Below, in pieces: positions 24,188 to 29,759 of a stretch of DNA of 29,759 bases. The notes under the pieces are model-generated. The model did not search any database, was not told where the DNA came from, and saw only the letters and a list, made by a program, of their open reading frames with translations. The stretch is from assembly GCA_038231435.1 (NCBI GenBank), contig JBBRLJ010000053.1:1-29759 (forward strand), written 5' to 3'. Origin of the DNA: Planctomycetota bacterium (GTDB lineage Bacteria; Planctomycetota; UBA11346). Both the position numbers and the translations under genes were made by a program. The first letter of the stretch is position 1. Each line of letters starts with the position of its first letter.

Positions 24188-27184
24188 ATGGACAAGGACG
24201 TCATCGCGAAGCTCAGCCAGACCATCACCCTCGAGCACGGCGAGATGGGAGCCGATGCGACGCCTGTCCCACCGCTCGGCTCAGGCCCGACGGTTGGGGA
24301 CGTCCCGTCGACCGCCACGGCGGCGGAGCCCGCGAGCGTCCACCCGGGTCTGGCTGCGCTCATGCGCGAGCGTGGACAGGGCCGTCCGCTCAAGGATATC
24401 ATCGCCGCCTCCACACCAGAGCGGCGCGATGAGCGCATCGACACGCCGAACCAGGTGGTATCGATCGCCATCGGCGCGTGCGGATCGCTCGCTCACGCCC
24501 ATCGACTCGGCTTCGTCCACCAGGACGTGAAGCCAGGAAACATCTTCGTCGGAGAATTCGGCGAAGTGCAATTGAGCGACTGGCGCAGCGCCATCCGCAT
24601 GGACGATCCGGCGGAGCGGCGGCGTTGGAGCGCCACGCCGCTCTACATGAGTCCCGAGCAGGCCAATCATCAGCCGACCGATGCCCGCACCGATGTCTAC
24701 TGCCTGGGTGCCACGCTCTTCGAGATGCTGCTGCTGCGTCCGCCCAACCTGGCGCTCGATGAGGAGACGCTGTGGGCGAAGAAGCGTATCGGCGCGATCG
24801 ATCGACCGACCGACGACGAGCGGCGGCAGGTGCCGGGCCCGCTCCTGGCCGTGGCCATGAAGGCTCTCGCCGCGGATCCACGAGACCGCTATCAGGATGC
24901 CGCCGCGATGCTCAAGGCGTTGCGCGACTACCAGGAGGGCTTGGCGACCAGCGCTGCGCCCGGATCGCTGAACGAGTGGCCCATGCGCTGGTACCGGCGC
25001 AATCGCACACTCTTCTGGATGGCGGCGGTAGGGGCGGTGCTGCTGGGCGCCGTATCGTGGATGCTGGCGGTCGAGAAAGCCAAGGAGCGCGCGCAGTGGC
25101 GCGTGGTCTACGATGCCGATTTCAAGGGCACGACGGCGAAGGCTCTCGACCGCTCCTGGATCCCCACCGTGTCGGCGAACAGCCACGACCCGTTCACGCC
25201 GATCTCGTTCACCTCGGAAGAATTCGCGATCGACGCCAAGGGACTGACCATCCATGGCACCCAGGGCGGCTATGTCGACGTCTCCTACCGCAACGATCTG
25301 GTCGGCGATGTCCGTGTGGAGTGGGACTACGCCTGCGATCATCGCAACCTGAATTACAACTGCTACATCGGCGGGTCCAACCGCTGGAACTCGCACATGT
25401 TCCACATCGGATCCTGGAACAACCCGGCCTACGCCGCGCTGACCCACGGGGCGGACTACAGCGTCATCGACAGCGATTTCCTCGAGCATCCGCTGGCCGC
25501 GGGACACGTATACCGCTTCGCGATGGAGCAGGATCATGGGCGGTTGCGCCTGCTCATCGATGAGCGCGTGATCTTCGATCTCGACAATCCATCCGACATC
25601 TACGGCGACCGCTCGAACACCTTCGGCTTCGACGCCGTCGGCATCACCGATCTGCGCATCTCGCACGTGCGGGTGATGCACAAGCCCCTGCCGCAGAGGA
25701 TTTCGCCGCTCGCGGTGGCCGACAGCTTGCTGCAGATGCGCGACTACCCCAGCGCCGCCCAGCACTACCTCGACATCGAGAATTCCTACCCAGGCACCGA
25801 GCTGGCGCACACCGCCCACTTCCGCTACGCCATCAGCTGCCTGCGCGCCGGCGACACTGCCCACGCGGTCGAGCTGCTCGGGCGCCTCGCCTCCCAGGAC
25901 CAGGACGATCCGCAAACCCCCTACGCATGCTATGAGCTGTTGAACGCCCTCGGGCAGCAGGGTGACAAAAAGGCGATCTCGGAGCTGCTCGAGCGCTTCG
26001 GCCACTGGCAGGGCCATCCCGTCCTGCCTCGCGTCATGGCCTGGATCGCGGACAGCCACCTGGGCGAGCTCCAGACGCTGAAGGTCGAGAAGGTCGGCGA
26101 TCCCGAGCGCAGGCCCGACATCGTCGCGTGCATCAAGATGACCATCGCCGAGCTCCAGGAGTGGGGCCATCGCTACGACGTGGCATGGTGGAAGAACACC
26201 TACGCCTTCATCGCCGGCGATGTGCTGCGCTCCATGGGCGATGGTTCGGACGTGATCGCGAATTTTCCCCGCCAGTCCTTGACCTACCAATCGGCCCTGG
26301 CCGAGGCGGGGCGCTTCACCGACGTGTTGGAGTTGGCCCCGCCCGGCTCGCCCGCGCGGGCCTGGGCCCTGGTCGGCCTAGGCCGCCACGACGAGGTGCT
26401 GGCCGACGCCTTCTACCCTGAGGACATCAAGTGGGAATTGTACGCCCAGCGAGGCGACCTGCCGAAACTGCTGGAGAACCGCGCTCTGGTGCCGAGCCAG
26501 TGGGCGAAAACCCTGCTGCTCGCCGGTCGCTATGACGAGGTCATCGATCAAAGCCCCGATCCCAAGACCCTGGCTGCGGCGCTGGTCGCGCTCGGCAGGG
26601 CGAAGGAGATCGAGAGCCGCACCAACGACATGATCGCCGTATCGCGCGGGCTGGTCGAACTGCGCGAATACGATCAGCTTACCAGCCGCTTCCCGATCGC
26701 GTACGAGAACCTCTACCTGGCGGCGGAGCGGCAGTGGTTCGCCGGTGACCTCGCTGCGGCCGGAAAGCTGCTCGCCGACCTGGACCGCTCCCAGGCACCG
26801 CTCGAGATCAGCGACATCATGTTTGGACGCTATGTGTTCCCCGGCGTCATCAAGCTCATCAGTGGCACCTCCACCGATCCGGCCGTCGAGTTCGAGCCGC
26901 TGATCGTCCGCTCGCGCGGCTGGTATCAGCAGCAACTCTGGCACCAGCTGTCATACATCGCCGGAAAGATCGACGACCGTCAGTTCCTCGCCCAGCCCGA
27001 CCACAACCTGGTCGAGGAACGACTGCTGCTCGCCCAGGCGATCGCCAACGACGTGCGCGGCAAGCACGATGAAGCCCTCGCCGCCTACACCAAGTTCGCG
27101 GCCCTGCCGTGCTTCCGTCCGTCGTTCCGCGAATGCGACCGCGATTTCGTCACCTGGCGCATCCATGAGTTGACGCCGCGCTAA
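24188..27184 (+). CDS. Membrane-anchored pseudokinase: degenerate Ser/Thr kinase domain + TM + ConA-like beta-sandwich + TPR-like repeats
   Basis: C-lobe motifs present (HQDVKPGNI, TPLYMSPEQ, TDVYCLGATLFE, KALA.DP.DRY). No GxGxxG or VAIK; DWR stands in place of DFG/DWG. TM at ~25007-25072; TPR-like AAQHYLDIENSYPGTELA. Confidence 0.85.
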   Translation: MDKDVIAKLSQTITLEHGEMGADATPVPPLGSGPTVGDVPSTATAAEPASVHPGLAALMRERGQGRPLKDIIAASTPERRDERIDTPNQVVSIAIGACGSLAHAHRLGFVHQDVKPGNIFVGEFGEVQLSDWRSAIRMDDPAERRRWSATPLYMSPEQANHQPTDARTDVYCLGATLFEMLLLRPPNLALDEETLWAKKRIGAIDRPTDDERRQVPGPLLAVAMKALAADPRDRYQDAAAMLKALRDYQEGLATSAAPGSLNEWPMRWYRRNRTLFWMAAVGAVLLGAVSWMLAVEKAKERAQWRVVYDADFKGTTAKALDRSWIPTVSANSHDPFTPISFTSEEFAIDAKGLTIHGTQGGYVDVSYRNDLVGDVRVEWDYACDHRNLNYNCYIGGSNRWNSHMFHIGSWNNPAYAALTHGADYSVIDSDFLEHPLAAGHVYRFAMEQDHGRLRLLIDERVIFDLDNPSDIYGDRSNTFGFDAVGITDLRISHVRVMHKPLPQRISPLAVADSLLQMRDYPSAAQHYLDIENSYPGTELAHTAHFRYAISCLRAGDTAHAVELLGRLASQDQDDPQTPYACYELLNALGQQGDKKAISELLERFGHWQGHPVLPRVMAWIADSHLGELQTLKVEKVGDPERRPDIVACIKMTIAELQEWGHRYDVAWWKNTYAFIAGDVLRSMGDGSDVIANFPRQSLTYQSALAEAGRFTDVLELAPPGSPARAWALVGLGRHDEVLADAFYPEDIKWELYAQRGDLPKLLENRALVPSQWAKTLLLAGRYDEVIDQSPDPKTLAAALVALGRAKEIESRTNDMIAVSRGLVELREYDQLTSRFPIAYENLYLAAERQWFAGDLAAAGKLLADLDRSQAPLEISDIMFGRYVFPGVIKLISGTSTDPAVEFEPLIVRSRGWYQQQLWHQLSYIAGKIDDRQFLAQPDHNLVEERLLLAQAIANDVRGKHDEALAAYTKFAALPCFRPSFRECDRDFVTWRIHELTPR

Positions 27185-27211
27185 GGCAACCGCGACGAGG
27201 CAGGCCAAGCT

Positions 27212-27544
27212 TCAGTACTTGCGCACCTTGCCACCCTGGGGCGGCGGCACATTGACCGCGGGCTGATCGGGAATGCTCGCGTCGAGCCGTTCGATGATCT
27301 TGCCCAGGTACTGGCGGCGCTTCTCCTTGGCCTCGAGCTCCGCCTTCTTGGCGCGCAGTTCGGCGACCTCTGGCTGCTCGCCGAGGTACTGGGCGATGAA
27401 GTCGGCCTCGGCGAGATTGATCATGATCTCCTGCATGTCGACGTCGAGTTTCTCGAGCTCTTCGGCGTACTTGGCGCGGAAACGCTTGAGCACAGCGAGC
27501 TTTTGACCGTCGGAGAGCGTGGCGCTGAGTTGCTTCAAGGGCAT
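27212..27544 (-). CDS. Hypothetical 110-aa coiled-coil protein
   Basis: Normal protein composition (K/E/L rich, helical), GC3-biased codons, fits between folE2 and the convergent kinase gene. Confidence 0.8.
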   Translation of the reverse strand: MPLKQLSATLSDGQKLAVLKRFRAKYAEELEKLDVDMQEIMINLAEADFIAQYLGEQPEVAELRAKKAELEAKEKRRQYLGKIIERLDASIPDQPAVNVPPPQGGKVRKY

Positions 27545-27625
27545 GCGATCAGCCTAGTCCGCGCCGGGGATTTCCAATCGCGAAGGCGAATCCGGCATGG
27601 CGCGCCCGGACGGACCTGGACCGGC

Positions 27626-28618
27626 TCAGGCGCGAAAACCACCCGGTACGCCCTTGGCGACGACCGCCGCCGCATCATGCGGATGCAGGCTCTCCACGTG
27701 TGCGACCTCGATGCGGTAGTCGGCGATGCGGTGATCACCCTCGAGCGCCGACTTGAGGCGCCGGCCGGCGTCCTCGCAGAACATCAGGTTCGCGGCGTTC
27801 AGGCGCGCGAATTCCTGCTCGTCCTCGCGCTTGACCGCCGCCTGCACCGGCGTGCCGAGCGCGCGCTCGCAGAGGTCGATGAGCTCGATGAACCCTGGAG
27901 CATCGGCGGGATCGGCGACGGCGATGTCGATGGCCGCGTGGCTGCGCTGGCTATGTGGAATCGCCACCAACGAGCGCTCGGAGTCGAGCCATGCCGCCAC
28001 CTCGGCGGCCGGAATCGAGGCACGGCCGGCGAAATCGTCGCGGAAGCGCTCGGAGGTGAGCTGGCGCGCGAGCGCGGTCGAGCAGGGGCAGGTGCTCGCA
28101 TAGGCGATGCTCACGCCGAGCGTGAAGCGAAAGCGTCCGTCGCGGTCGTCACGTGTTGAGACCTCGCCACCGATCGACACCGGGTAGGCGCGCCACGCGG
28201 CGTTGGCGCTAGCGAGCGCCTGACGCTTCACTAGGTGATCGAAAGCTACGCGCACTGCCGCGCTCGAGCTGGTGCCGAGGTGCGAGCCGAGGAAGGACTG
28301 CAGGATGCGCCGGATCACTGTGAAGCCGAGCTCGTCCTCGGCGAGCATCGCCTGCAGCGCGAGATAGAGCCGCGACATGTGGATGCCCCGGGCCTCGGGG
28401 TCGTCGAGTCCGACGAAGGCATCGGCCCGCGCAGGCGCGAGCAGCGCCGCGCCCGATGACGGGTCGCGCAACCGTACCGGCACCTCGATGCCGGTCATGC
28501 CGACGCGGTCGAGGACGCCGCCGACGCGGCTGCCGCCTAGATGCGCGCTGTCGGTGAGGCGCCCAGACGCGTCCGCCCGGGTGCCGCCGAGACCGATCGC
28601 GCGGGCATCGTGGACCAT
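27626..28618 (-). CDS. folE2: GTP cyclohydrolase I type IB (FolE2)
   Basis: LDRVGMTGI, RGIHMSRL, YASTCPCS, PHSQRS, VKREDEQEFA.LNAANLMFCEDA.R, HVESLHPHDA. Confidence 0.95.
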   Translation of the reverse strand: MVHDARAIGLGGTRADASGRLTDSAHLGGSRVGGVLDRVGMTGIEVPVRLRDPSSGAALLAPARADAFVGLDDPEARGIHMSRLYLALQAMLAEDELGFTVIRRILQSFLGSHLGTSSSAAVRVAFDHLVKRQALASANAAWRAYPVSIGGEVSTRDDRDGRFRFTLGVSIAYASTCPCSTALARQLTSERFRDDFAGRASIPAAEVAAWLDSERSLVAIPHSQRSHAAIDIAVADPADAPGFIELIDLCERALGTPVQAAVKREDEQEFARLNAANLMFCEDAGRRLKSALEGDHRIADYRIEVAHVESLHPHDAAAVVAKGVPGGFRA

Positions 28619-28744
28619 GCTTGATTATTGCCGCGATCGGGCCCTCGACAAGGACCCCGGCAGCCGAACACGCCATCTTCGCGTACAGGGCCGCGCGCAG
28701 GATCGGCCTTGGGAATTGAGCCGTCGCATCCAGGATGCTCGGCC

Positions 28745-29341
28745 ATGGACCTGCCCGAGCTGATCCTGGCCAGCACGTCCCGCTACCGGCGGGAGCAGCT
28801 CGAGCGACTCGGTCTGCCATTCCGCTCCGTCGCGCCCGCCTGCGACGAGGAGGCCTTGAAGGCACCACTGTCGGCTGCGGGCGCCGCTCCGCGCGTGCTC
28901 GCCGAGGCCCTGGCCCTGGCCAAGGCCGAGAGCCTGCGCGCCACGCTGCCCGAGGCGGTGATCATCGGCGGCGATCAGGTCGCGGCGCTCGGGGATACGA
29001 TCCTCGGCAAGCCCGGCACCGCGGCGCGCGCGCGCGAACAGCTCGCCGCCCTCAATGGCCGCGAGCACGTGCTGGTGACCGCCATCGCGGTCGTCCACCG
29101 CGGGCATCTCTGGCGGCACACCGACATCTCGACCCTGCGCATGCGCCAACTCGATCCCGAGCAGATCCACCGCTACGTCGAGCGCGACCATCCGCTCGAT
29201 TGCGCGGGCTCCTACAAGCTCGAACGCCGCGGCGTGGCCCTCTTCGAACGCATCGTCTGCGAGGACCACTCCGCCATCACCGGCCTACCCCTGATGGCGC
29301 TGGCACGCATCCTCGCCGAGATCGGCTACCGAATACCGTAA
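28745..29341 (+). CDS. maf: Maf family nucleoside triphosphate pyrophosphatase, YceF-like subgroup
   Basis: LILASTSRYRREQL, LALAKA, IIGGDQV, ILGKP, PLDCAGSYKLE, ITGLPL. Confidence 0.93.
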   Translation: MDLPELILASTSRYRREQLERLGLPFRSVAPACDEEALKAPLSAAGAAPRVLAEALALAKAESLRATLPEAVIIGGDQVAALGDTILGKPGTAARAREQLAALNGREHVLVTAIAVVHRGHLWRHTDISTLRMRQLDPEQIHRYVERDHPLDCAGSYKLERRGVALFERIVCEDHSAITGLPLMALARILAEIGYRIP

Positions 29342-29343
29342 CA

Positions 29344-29759
29344 TTCAGGGGCTCCGCCCCTACGGCCTGGCGGCCTACCCCACGGGCTTTGTCGGGGCTC
29401 GATGTCTCCGCTGCGCTGCGACATCGTCGGCGGATGGGCTACGCCCATTGTATCCGCCGACCGCCACTCGGCGCCCGCTTTTTGTTTCAGGGGCTCCGCC
29501 CCTACGGCCTTCGGCCTACCCCACGGGCTTTGTCGGGGCTCGATGTCTCCGCTGCGCTGCGACATCGTCGGCGGATGGGCTACGCCCATTGTATCCGCCG
29601 ACCGCCACTCGGCGCCCGCCCCATCGCGGAGCGATGGGGCCCCCGGCTGTGTATGTTTCAGGGGCTCCGCCCCTACGGCCTTCGGCCTACCCCACGGGCT
29701 TTGTCGGGGCTCGATGTCTCCGCTGCGCTGCGACATCGTCGGCGGATGGGCTACGCCCA
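29344..29759 (+). repeat. Tandem array of the multi-hairpin repeat: copies at 29344-29478, 29486-29645 and 29657-window end
   Basis: Three near-identical units starting ttcaggggctccgcccctacggcc, separated by 7-11 nt T-rich linkers. Copy 1 lacks the last hairpin; copy 3 is cut by the window end. Confidence 0.95.

Noticed and set aside
29326..29736. 136-aa ORF with internal repeats
   Set aside because: It is simply the translation of the hairpin repeat array, antisense to and overlapping the end of maf.
29344..29759. CRISPR array
   Set aside because: Units are 135-160 bp with only 7-11 nt between them, the opposite of repeat/spacer geometry, and no cas genes are present.
47..29759. Whole window as a composite transposon bounded by inverted repeats
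   Set aside because: The terminal copies are inverted but diverged, the cargo is housekeeping genes, and there is no transposase or integrase. An assembly contig breaking at a multicopy repeat explains this more simply.

Overview
A GC-rich bacterial chromosomal segment. Its gene content (two membrane-anchored Hanks-type kinase genes, a secreted NHL beta-propeller, GH42/GH78 hydrolases, an outer-membrane beta-barrel) suggests a diderm organism, possibly Planctomycetota; this is inference only. About 18 credible CDSs are present, mostly housekeeping or metabolic: an NtrC-family regulator, a TraF-like OM barrel, bshC, a Ser/Thr kinase, an AraC-centred sugar-catabolism cluster, acs, an SGNH hydrolase, a short ArgA-like GNAT, GH78, an NHL protein, folE2 and a YceF-type Maf. 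No transposase, tRNA, rRNA or CRISPR is seen. Five observations stand out. (1) A tightly coupled two-gene unit (16527-13078, minus) in which a small helix-hairpin-helix protein and a 961-aa helical-solenoid protein carry paralogous copies of the same 8-Cys double zinc-ribbon plus helical module; the large protein also has a ~190-aa internal duplication. (2) A 135-165 bp multi-hairpin repeat at both window ends, with compensatory base changes and GNA triloops, each locus starting 2-3 nt after a TAA stop. (3) A receptor-like pseudokinase with an eroded N-lobe. (4) An unannotated 45-aa prepilin-like small membrane ORF. (5) Repeated -10-like hexamers 5-7 nt before start codons, suggesting leaderless transcripts.
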